From Trichosphaerium sp. ATCC 40318 (lineage: Eukaryota; Protista; Tubulinea): a stretch of 64,000 bases of DNA. The notes beneath the pieces are model-generated. The model saw nothing but the letters and a program-made list of their open reading frames with translations, was not told the DNA's origin and ran no database searches. Every line of letters starts with the position of its first letter. Position 1 is the stretch's first letter. The position numbers and the translations under genes were made by a program. Below, in pieces: positions 39,529 to 50,557 of the stretch. The DNA lies in contig JALMLS010000598.1 of the NCBI GenBank assembly GCA_038496445.1, forward strand, positions 124,001 through 188,000, read 5' to 3'.

Positions 39529-42500
39529 TTAGGCGGTAGCTTCAATATCATCATCCTCTAGTTGTGCATTATTGTCTTCATCTTCATCATCTTGATCACT
39601 CTGCTCTACAACACTATAGGCCGCTTGTACCATGTAATGTGTAAAGTCAGTGAAACAACTGTAAAACGAGGGGATACACAACAAGAAGAAGAAAAGTTTT
39701 CGTTGTGAAGGATTTTTCGACCAAAACTCAAATGATACGTATCTCTTGTATATGGTTTGGTGGAGGCTTTGATCTTATCTTAGACATAACAAGCGCCTCT
39801 AAGTTCATAAAAGGCTTTTCAACAAGTAAATAACCAATCAGTGCAAGACCAAATGATATCACAACATTAGATATAATATCGTTAGCATAAAGGTTGTCTT
39901 CATACGAAACAATATCACGTGTAGAAAAATTGAATACCATCATCCTAAAACCAAACATATTAGACATAATACAGAGGTGCTAAAAGCTCAAGCACAAAAG
40001 GAAACGCTTGAAATGCCTGTACAAGCTTTTCAAGCAACAAAAAAAAAAAAAAGCAAGCGCAACTACAAATCCTTTTAACGAAGCCCACTACTGAATATAA
40101 CAATATAATCCCGTACAATATAGGATGAACCAAATAGGCAGAGTATGTGAGACGAGCTAGCGGTAGCCATATGTTCAAACTGAGGAAATGCTTGATAAAA
40201 TCTCCATGTCCTTGAACAAATAAGTCAACACAGTTCACGTGTCAAATCAACGTACCAACAAGTGTTGTGTATACAAGCATGCCTAGAGATAACCCCCAAG
40301 CTGGTCTACTAAGTCCATTGAACAGAATTCTAGAAAAATACGACCATTTCTCTAATAAAGTACAAAAAGTGAGAAACCTACTTAATCAGATAAATGACTT
40401 AACTGGCGCCCTGCTTGTGTGTTGAAGCAGTCGAAAATACACAAACAGTCATAATAACACCAATGAGTACCCATGAGCATGCTACTTTCCATATACTAAA
40501 CTGATATAAGTGCCTGTCAACTTAAAGGAACGTGCCTCAATTTTGGCTTTGGGTAGAAGTAATACAATAACGCGACTAAAGATCCGATCTACAATAACAA
40601 GTCATTAAGTTATTAGTTTTAAAATTGATTAGTACAAAGTATGGACCCATCCTATACCAAGGTTGAGTGTAGAATCTCCATGCAAGCTAAAACCATGAGT
40701 TTTAAAAAAAATAGGAAAAAAACCCCCTATCACATGCTACTTACACCATTAGAACCACCTACTTGATCTAAATCCATGTCAAAAGCTGCTGTGACTCCGC
40801 CTCTATACTTAATTAAACAGGATCGTTTTGTTTGTGTACCTTATTATCATACAAAGAACTACAAGTCCGCCAATTACACTTGCACCAATACGTGGTTTTT
40901 TGTATGTTAAGAAAACCAAAGGAGGCATTACCATGAACATCTGTTGGTCATTTGCTAAATACCAAGTCCATCCCATGCACCTTTACAAATTTAGAGAATA
41001 TCAAGTAATGTGTACACTCATAGTGAGATTCATAAAACAAACGTCTTGAGCAAAGCGAAGGTTGGTTCAAATCTTAATGACAAAAAGAATAATGTTCTTG
41101 GTCGATTGATTGTGTACGTAGTTGATAGCCCCTGGTTGTAAGGTACTAGATTATTTATGTATAGCAAGTTTGTCCACCAGTAAGTAAAACAGGAATCTGT
41201 CTTTTTGTCAAGAGCAAACTCGTTCCTAACATCAAAACTCATGAGAAGAGAAAAAAAGCAAACAAAAAATAATAAGGGAAAAAAAAACAGCTTTTTATAC
41301 CATTCAGGACCTGATCCAAGTTGTGGTAGAAGAAACATATAAACACCGAGAAATGCCATATAAACTATAGTAAGTCTTAGGTATCTATGAATATAAATAA
41401 ACAGCCATTCTTTCCACGTGAATCCTTCTTTTTCTACAATACTTTTGTACATCATGTACGTAACAAGAAACCCTAGAAATAATACGTTAATTAAAACAAA
41501 CAACAAGAAAAGGCTGTAGTATTTCTTCATTAGAGTGCGGCAAAGAGAGAGAAGATAGTCCGAAAAAGAAAGAAAAAAGGAAGAAAACAAACTTCATTTA
41601 CCACTCAAGAAAAAGAATGAATCAACAGAATACAATGCATTATATACAATCTGAAAAGAAGTCCTACTCGCAACTGTTGCAGTATATTTGAAGTTTGTAA
41701 CACCAACTACTAATACCCAAACTACAACGTACAATAAGAACTAACATAAAGGACGGAGGCATTATACGTACAAAGAATAGTGTGTCCCAGTATAACCCAA
41801 CACATACTTAACACACTACGCGATAATTAGTTATTTAACATTGTTTTCTTCAAGTTTTTTTTTGCACTTACCGAACGCCATTTAGTACAGGCATTCCATC
41901 CTTAGGTTCTGCCACAAGTCGTTGCAAATTATGTTTCATCGAAAAGCATTTCAATATGTCGAACACAAGGTTGCCATCTTGCTCAGAATGGCTTGAATAC
42001 CACTGCAAAGCATAATATAAGCGTTTACAAAACTATCATTATAAATAATACCTTGGTTTTATACTTGAAGAAGTAATCCACAGCGGTGCCTATGACCACC
42101 ATCAATCCAATTAAGCTCAATATCGTGGTGAATATCTTAGCACCTGTGGTATACGTAAGTGACTAAGAAAAGTATGGTACGCTTATTTCTAATGTACCAA
42201 GACTCCAAGGTACTGTCTGTTCGCTACAAGATACATCAATCCCTTGGCTATTCAAGTACCTAAGAGCGTCTGTAACCTCTTGATAAAATGATTAAAATAA
42301 CAGTAACCACGCGGCGTATATACCCTTTACATCGCTGCCATATGAAACACGTAATAGTATGTTACTATTAACTTTGTCATCAATCGCGTTTGGCAAGTCG
42401 TATAGCAGAATTTGAACATCACGTGATGAACAAGTACGAGGAATACAAACACCCCATTTTACACGTGTTGTTTTAGCGTCGGTTTGCTATAAAAATAATC

Positions 42501-43089
42501 ACGTGTTAGTTTACAGCACGTTTGTTTTTCGTCAAGAACGTCATGGCTTTGAAAGTAGTCTTCAACCGAAAAGAAGTACTGGCGGGGGTTTTTGTTTCTA
42601 TAATTTCGAGAATACATTTGTACGTACGTTAGCAGAGAAACCTGATAATGGGAAGTTAAATGAGACTAAACAATGGTGAAGTGTTGGAACGAGAATACAA
42701 TCATCGTAATTTCCTACAAATACGGATTTTTAGAAGTGAGTTTGTGGCACAACGTGAAGTGGCAAAAAACGATTCTAAATATCAGAAAAGGTAGCCCAAC
42801 TAAGTTTCTAACGTATGGGCTTTTAATTTTAGCGAAAAAGGTTACCTAAGTCGTTAATGCCTTTTCCTGTATTGGTTCCCATACTCGTTGCGTCTTTGAA
42901 CTGTCCTGCGCTTATTTGCGCCTTATTGCGTGAGTTAAAGTTTAATTTGGATCAGACGTTTGTAGACGTAATTATTAAATATCTATCGACACGTACAAGC
43001 GATGTATTACATGCCGCAGATTGTCCGTTAACCATGACACTCAAATGTACTAAAACTGCTATCAATAGCAGTGCGCACTTAATATACAT
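39529..43089 (-). CDS. NRF-6/OACYL-like protein (NRF domain + acyltransferase-3)
   Basis: LGNYDDC, GVCIPRTCS, LNGVR..WVILGH, SVDSFFFLSG, HRYLRL, WWTNLLYINN, WTWYLANDQMF, PLARLTYSAYLVHP, LVEKPF. Confidence 0.92.
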
Positions 43090-43203
43090 TTTATAATGCG
43101 TTTGGCGTAGTTCCTCTCTCAGTTGGTTCGCCACTAACTGAAAACTAAGACATTATTCAAAAATGTCAAACAAAGTAAATTAAAAACAGAAAAAAAAACC
43201 ACC

Positions 43204-43627
43204 ATGGCAAGCCACAAAAAGAAGCTTTTCGAACAAAAAATAAAGGAAAACGCACCTGGCTATGTAAAAGGTAACAGCACGTGACCATTTTTTGTTTGGG
43301 GTGTTTGTCGAGCAACTTCATTTCATCAGCCGCCAACTCGCATTCTTTTTGTATAAGACATGTTGTACTGTAGTAGGTTGCTCAGCGATCGTACTTTAGA
43401 GCTTTTCCAAAAACAAAAAAATAACTTTTTATTCAAGGTGAGCAGAGACCTGTTGGTCAACGTGAATGGAACCCTCACCCACGTGGAGCGCATGATACAC
43501 ACGGTTACAACGTACAAACTACCAACACACCTCGCGGTACACGTGACTATTGAGCTAGCGAAGAAACAAGTTGCTGATAACCGTTTTAGGACCACCTCCA
43601 AAGAAGAGTTTTGCTGACTTGCCTTGA
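43204..43627 (+). CDS. Small three-exon uncharacterised protein (~67 aa)
   Basis: Hand splice gives MASHKKKLFEQKIKENAPGYVKGEQRPVGQREWNP..TPRGPPPKKSFADLP* with canonical introns. Confidence 0.6.
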
Positions 43628-43763
43628 GAGCAGTATTGTACTAATCAATTTATAAAAACTGTCCTTTTATTAATACGATGTATTGTTAATTGCAGTAGTA
43701 TGAGGTCAGTCATTATTCGTTTTTGAATCTAAGCAAATACAATGTTCTTTTTTTTTCAGTTTT

Positions 43764-44555
43764 TTAACAATCGCATATAAATCCTCCTGAGGAAGCTGTT
43801 TGTCTTGTCTCCTTCACAGTGCATGCAAGAAATTTTCCTTGAGGTCTTGAACAGAAGCACGTGTTTGTTTCAAACATACAGGAACAAGGGCCAGTAACGC
43901 ACCTAAGAAAGAAATAAGAAAAAAGATCAACTATCCAAGCTTTGCAGCGAAACACGGCTTCGTTTTGCGTTTTGGTGTCGCCTGTATGAACGTACATGCA
44001 TGAATCCGTTAGTATATTAATACAAGCCAGTTCAATAGGTACATCTGGGGACATTGGAGCAGAGGGCGCTATTACAACTTCGTCGACAAGTCTTGATGTC
44101 ATAGGACACCAAATATTGCTTGGTAAAAATGTGTCGTTACCGACGTCTTTAAGATTTTCCTCTACAACGCGAGTAGGAAAATCGCATGTAGGTAAACCAA
44201 AAGCGAAGAAATGAACGTTGGAAGGGTCAACGTGAAAGTTCCATTGCGGGTTATACGCCTGTCTTCCTATTACAACCTCGCCAAAAAATGAAGGTTGCTG
44301 TTCCATATCGATTAGATCTCTCGCTTGAGCGATTCTGTTTTCATCTAGTATCTACACGCACGCTAAGATAATCTAACACGTGATAAATTTGAAAAACTAT
44401 ACCTCAACAATAAAAATGTCTTCGTTAGCGTCTGTAAATCGGAAAAAAGCCGCATTGACTACAAAATAGCTAAAGAAATATAAAAATCTGGATACGAAGA
44501 TCTTTTGGTACCCTAACAACGAAACTAAAAGCGCTTGTACTAGAAAGCTCCGCAT
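43764..44555 (-). CDS. Secreted BP74-like domain protein with Cys-rich tail
   Basis: AFFRFTD..FIVEI..IAQARDLI..G.V..YNPQWNFHVDP..CD..FLPSNIWCP..SRLVDEV. Confidence 0.72.
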
Positions 44556-44679
44556 TTATCTACAAAATACTGTATGAGGCACAATAGATATGTTTTGTAT
44601 TCACTTGTAACCCACACGTGACTTAGCAAATATAACTTAAGTCAGGAAAATTATTTTGTCATTTTACTAATTTAGTCGT

Positions 44680-45527
44680 TTACAGCTCATCTTTTTCAGG
44701 AACATCATCCAGTATCATATTTTGGTATTGATCACATCCGTTTATAGCGTAGTGTTCAGGATGATGAAGTAGATGGTAGCACATGTCGAGGTTTTTGCGT
44801 TTTAGCAAATTACAAAATAATAGACATCTAACTCGCATGTGACTGCAAGAGTCATGACGCACTATCATCTTTAGGCAATGTCTCTTTTCTTTTGCAACTG
44901 GATCGTGTGGGTTCTCAGTAGCTTTTGAAGTACCACCAGTATCAAGAGCATCCATAATCTATGAGATAATAAACTAAACTGACAAGATTGTCGGAAATAT
45001 GTGATTACCTTTTCTGTCAGTTTGCCCATTTTGCTTCCCCAGCTCTCGAGCAACTTTTTGACTTGCTTCTCTGTCACCGACTTTATTTGTTCTTCTAGAT
45101 TTTCACCTTCTTCAGCACGTACAAGAGCAATAGCTTCTTGTTCCATTTCATTCAAAATGAGGTCTATCTTTTTACCAACACCAGATACTTTATTTATACG
45201 CACAGCGGACTCTACAAACGAAACTTAGCGTTTTGCTCAAAATCTTTTACTACAAAAGTGACCGCAGTGTATTAATAGTGTCTGTGGTATCTCTGAGGGT
45301 CGTTTAACCACTGTACCAAGCCACGTGGCACGAATGTAACGTAAAAAGAAAAAAAACTTTTTTTTTTCAAAAGCCGATTCGATATCACGTGTTTGTTGTT
45401 ATCGCGTATACACGTAGTACAGGTTAAATTTATCAAATGTTTTGTCGATAGACAGATTTTTTGAGGTGTCGTGCGTACCTACTACCATGAATAGGACCAA
45501 CAAAAGTAATCCCAAGACAACACGCAT
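44680..45527 (-). CDS. Uncharacterised ER-lumenal protein
   Basis: Signal peptide MRVVLGLLLLVLFMVV; C-terminal KDEL then stop. Confidence 0.7.
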
Positions 45528-45644
45528 GTTAACTATGCGAAAGATATGACGGAGCTCGGAGATTTTTTGGCGTACTTAAAACGTGACTCTTACTGACTAT
45601 AGAGACAGTACACCATACTAGCAGTGTTGTTACGCATTCAAGCA

Positions 45645-48600
45645 ATGCATAGACCGTTAAGTAAGCTCTAAACAATGGAGGCTTGCGTGTTTAGGTTTAA
45701 ACTACAAATAACTTATAATGAAAGTCGCAAGTAAACCTAGCGTAGGTACGCACTATTGAGCTCAAAATACGCATTTCAGTTCATGCTTGTCACAATCCTG
45801 CCAATTATTCCTTTTCTCGCAATGGCGAGCGTAAATAACGTAAATTAAACGCATACAGGCGCAATACAATTCAAAGTTCGTAAAAAACGAAAGAGAAGCC
45901 CAACTGAACATTCAAAACTCGCAGAGGATGACCTTATAGGACAACGCCGATATTTTGACTCAATATTGGCTCCAAAACTAAACGTTAAAACCGTTGACGC
46001 ATGGCATAATGTAACCATGTACAATGCCATGAGTAACGGAGGTTCACCTTTCCTCAAAAGGTCAGTTAACAGCAGAAAACAAGATTTCTCATCTTTTCCG
46101 AATAGATACCGTTACAACTTAGGTAAAGCCCTCAGAGTGATATATCCTGAACATGTATGGCAGGAGACATTATTTAGGTATGCTAGAAACACTATTCTCC
46201 TCTCCTCGAGCTTTTACTTCGAATTTGTTTGAAAAAAAACAGAAAAAACACGTTGGTTTACTTTCGTCTTTTAACCGTTCAGAAACGTTTCAGAAGGATA
46301 CTGGAAGGTTGAAGGGAATACAAGAAAGGTATTAGATTCAATGAGCAAGAAATTGCGTATCACAAAACTGTCAGATTGGTACGGCAGAAACGCGGGTGAT
46401 GTCTTATGTGTACCAGGTATTTTCAAAGTTTATGTCATTTTTTTCTTACATTATTCTACAATTCTTGTTAATGAAAATGCTGAATAAGTTCATATACTAA
46501 CGATTTTACAGGCGGAAGAAGCGTTCTAGCACAGTGTGTGATTATTATCTATTGCTTCAAGTCATTAATATGTTTTTTTTGAATTAGATTTAACTACTCA
46601 ATGTATCGAATGTTGTGTGCTGTTTACCCTGAAAATAGTTGGGACCCAACAAAGTTCTCGTAAGTGTACCATATTTATTTATATTTTAAATGTTAGAACA
46701 CATGCATTATCGTTCAGTAGTAGTAAATTTAAGGGATAGTTTGCTGTCTGTTGCTGGGTTTTTTTGTTGTTTGATTTTTTTCATAGATCGTCTTTGCGTG
46801 GCTATTGGGAGGTTAGGCAAAATCAAATAGGTAAAATGGACGATGTAGGTAAACTCCTGGGAGTTAAAACTATTGATCAATGGGCTACAATAACTAGAGA
46901 CCAGCTGTACTGGCATGGTGGTAAATCTATTGCAACTAAGTAAGAACGACGAACTTGTTCGTAAATCCTTTTTTGTTCTGTTGTCTTTTTGACACTCTTG
47001 TAGACACTCTAACTCAATGATTACCCTTCTGAATCACGTATATCCCAATTATCCTTGGGCCGAAATGAGGTTTAATATTGAGTACGTAGTATTGACATGC
47101 GGAGTTTGAAATGAATAGAATTTTCATTATTATTAAATGATCTCGTGCTATTTTGTAGTACCACCACTTCAATCCATTATTCATTTAACCAATAGCTAAT
47201 ATTTTACGCTCTTATTATAGGGTTCCATTACCACAACACATGATGATTGATCACAAAAGATGGCTTAACAAAATGGCAGAAAAACTTGCTTTAAAAACTT
47301 TCGAAGATTGGTATTCTGTTGATGGAGACCAAGTGAAGTGGGGTAAAAGCATACTACAAAAGTACGATTACTATTTCTACTGTTAACAAGACTAGCAATC
47401 CATAATTTTACAATACCTGTAGGTACAATAGGAGCTTGTACAAAGCTCTCAAAGCTAATTTTCCACAGTTTCCGTGGATACCATGGAAGTTCCAGTAAGT
47501 CAAATTCTGCTTTTTGTACTTTGGCTTAAGGTGTTGTAGGTGTCACCCTGGTATAATAAGAAACCAATCTTATGGTCACTGGAAAGATATTAAGAATCAT
47601 AAATATAAATTTGATCAGATAAGTATTGAGCTTGGATTAAAAACAGTGGAAGACTGGGATTCAATATCACATCAAGACCTTCAAAAAGCAGGAGCAAAAA
47701 CACTTATGAAACAGTACGCAAAAAAACCCAAAAGATTAATTCTACGCGCCTACTAAGTGAACGCTTCGTGAATAAGGCAAAACAAGTATTTTTTATGACA
47801 ACTTTATCGCAAAAGAATCACGTGATTAAGGACGCGAGTTGGAAAAAGCCAAAAAAAAGAATCCACTTTTCCTGTTTTCTTATTAAATACTAACCGCCTA
47901 TAGCTATGGATCAATACCAAGAGCACTAAAGTCATTGTATCCACAATATGAATGGCTACCAAAGAGAGTTCCTAATCGGTATTGGCACATAAAAGAAAAT
48001 ATCCAACAGTTTCTTGAATATGCTGAAGAAAAACTTTCAATCACTGATCCATCCATGTGGTATCGAGTTTCTCATGGTCAGATTACTGGATTAGGTGCTG
48101 GTGGTATAGTTAAATATTATCCTCAAATCCTCAACCTTATTCATCCTACGGTGAAATGGGATTGGAGCGAGTTTTACAAAGCAAAAAGTAAAAAATCTCA
48201 GCAATGGTAAGTACTTTTTGTTTTTATTCTTTTTAAACCTTGCTCGCTGTTGAGACTCAAGGCTGTAAAATATTGAACACAGGTCGGAAGCCTTTTAAAA
48301 AAAACCATTGCATTTATTTTTCATCAACATCTGTTGTACATACCTCACGTGACAGGATTGTTTTATGATTTTGTTTACTTACTTTAATGTCAAAAAGGGG
48401 GTTAAGTTCAGCGCTTAAAAAGATATACCCATTGGATGAATTACAAGAAGAGCATATTATAGGTGTAAGAGAAAGCACAGGAGCTATTCTAAGTGTAGAT
48501 ATTTGTATTCCAAATAGGAATCTAGCGTTTGAATATCAAGGTAAGTCGGATCTTTTTAGAGTCAACTACTTTCCTATGATCTCTAACGATTACGTAGGAG

Positions 48601-49075
48601 AGCAACATTACCATGATATATATCCTCTAAGGTTATCAGCTATGCATTGCGAATGGCTTGACCAAGAGAAATCAAAGCTCTGTGCAGCTGCAGGTATGTT
48701 CTAGTTTATAAATCAAACAAAAGGACAAAAGACGAGAACACCTTCCTATCTATATCATAACTGTTTTTAAATTTTTCTTAACAATGTGCACAAGGAATAT
48801 CACTTGTACCTATACCGTATTGGTGGGAAATAGATGACATAGAGTCACTCAAAGCTACTATCAATTTTTATAAACCAGATGCAAACTTGAGTGTTTCTCC
48901 TGATGTTCATCATTTAAACATTATGCCATCAAACACGTGGGAAGGTAAAATTTCTAATCATTTTTTCTTTTCTTTAGCGGTTGTGCTTTCTTTCCTTACA
49001 TGTTTTGACTTAGATCAACGAGGCGTAATTATGACACCAACAAATCAACATACTATTACAGTTTCAAACATGTAG
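45645..49075 (+). CDS. Helical-repeat protein (six ~75-aa units) with C-terminal PD-(D/E)XK (Vsr/DUF559/RAP-like) domain
   Basis: Repeat consensus (G)YW..N.r..fD.i...L.ik...dWy.v....l...GG..ll..Y..Sl..aL..vYP...W...F; then LSVDICIPNRNLAFEYQGEQHY..DQEKSKLCAAAGISLVPIPYWW; start approximate. Confidence 0.8.
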
Positions 49076-49565
49076 TTTATACAACTTGTAAATAAAAATT
49101 AAACAATGCCGAGACACAACCATTATTTAGAGTTTACCAAACAACTAGACAATACATAACTATCACGTTGTTGCTACAAGCAATTTAGCTAAACATAGAT
49201 GTCTTTTGTTGCTCCTGCACAGTCGGGATAGCTGTTTTTGTAGTTGTAAAGTTAGAGCGTCAGTTGTTTTTGCCTTCTTATCCTTTTCTTTCCATCTGAT
49301 ATAAGCGTTGTTAACATTATGCTCCTTTTCTTTGTTACGTTCATTGCTTCCCACATCTCTTTCTGTACTTGTGATGGCCAGGATCCTTTTCCTGAACTTT
49401 TTGTTGCACAAAGTAGATTGTATTGGCTTGCTAGTTTGGCGTAGCATTCATATGTATCTTTCATCTGCAATGTGTGCCTTTGGTGACAATTGTTTCATTG
49501 CGTAGAGTGAGCGGAGTCTTCTTTTTCTATGCTATTCCTTACACCTTTGAGCCATTCACTTATAC

Positions 49566-49803
49566 TAACATTCAAGAAGAAGCCCCTATCTTCAAAAGCA
49601 ACTGAGTTCATCAACGAATATGGTGGCAACAATCAAGCAGGCCCAACAATAGCAAAACCATAGTTTAGATTCAATTAGTATCCGGAAACATGTGGTGAAG
49701 ACAATACTACATCCCTCCTATTTTTGGGTTATACTTGATTGTTGCCACTATTCGTTGATGAACTCAGTTACTTTTGAAGATAATTGCTTCTTTCTGAATG
49801 TTA
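49566..49803. repeat. Long inverted repeat (arms ~86 bp, loop ~65 bp); foldback/MITE-like
   Basis: 49566-49652 is the near-perfect reverse complement of 49718-49803 (core tatcttcaaaagYaactgagttcatcaacgaata..gtggcaacaatcaag). Confidence 0.88.
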
Positions 49804-49900
49804 ATTAAGGTGTTGAGCTGTTGGTTAGTATAATTTAATACTTGTTTCTTAACTGTGTTTAAGATACTTTCAATATCCCAGTCTCTCCTTTTTGTGATTC

Positions 49901-50085
49901 TTCTCCTTTCATCTCCTTTTTCCCCCCTTTGTCTTTGTTATGAACGTCACAAGATCTCCTTTTATCTCCTTTTTCCCCCTTTGTCTTTGTTATGAACGTC
50001 ACAAGATCTCCTTTTATCTCCTTTTTTTACCGAGTCTTTGTTATGAACGTCACAAGATCTCCTTTTTTTTTCCCCTTTATCTTGC
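49901..50085. repeat. Tandem minisatellite, ~52-bp unit, about 3.5 copies
   Basis: Unit atctccttttatctcctttttccccctttgtctttgttatgaacgtcacaag. Confidence 0.92.
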
Positions 50086-50557
50086 AGAAAATGGTAATGT
50101 TCCTAGCGGTTTTAAACCATTTTCTTTCCATACGAATAGTGTTGTTTATTTTGTATTGGGTGTAGGGTCTTTGTTTTCTCTGTACAACTTTTTTTAAATA
50201 AACAGCAAAGGCGACACTGTTCTCCCTTTGTTAACTACAACTTTTCGCAGTTCGTGAAGAATTCTAGTTCGCTTTGGTGTATTCTTTAGGCAATCCTTAT
50301 AGCAAGGTGTGAATTATTCTCTGTAACTACAGGATATCTTAAGAGGTCAATATCGCATGACTTTTAAGAAGCATTCTTCCTTTTGAGGAAAGCGAGGAAG
50401 ACTAAGTATTCTATCTGCTGAAAAAGGTTGGGTTGAATGTTGTCTACTGCAATTACATTTAGAACGTAGCGAACAAGTATAACATAGACATATAATTCTT
50501 AATGTAACTTTGTTTATTTACAGTAATGTACAAAGCTCACAATTTAAAAAAATAAGC

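Noticed and set aside
49901-50085. CRISPR-like array
   Set aside because: Units are contiguous tandem copies without unique spacers; eukaryotic context; no cas genes
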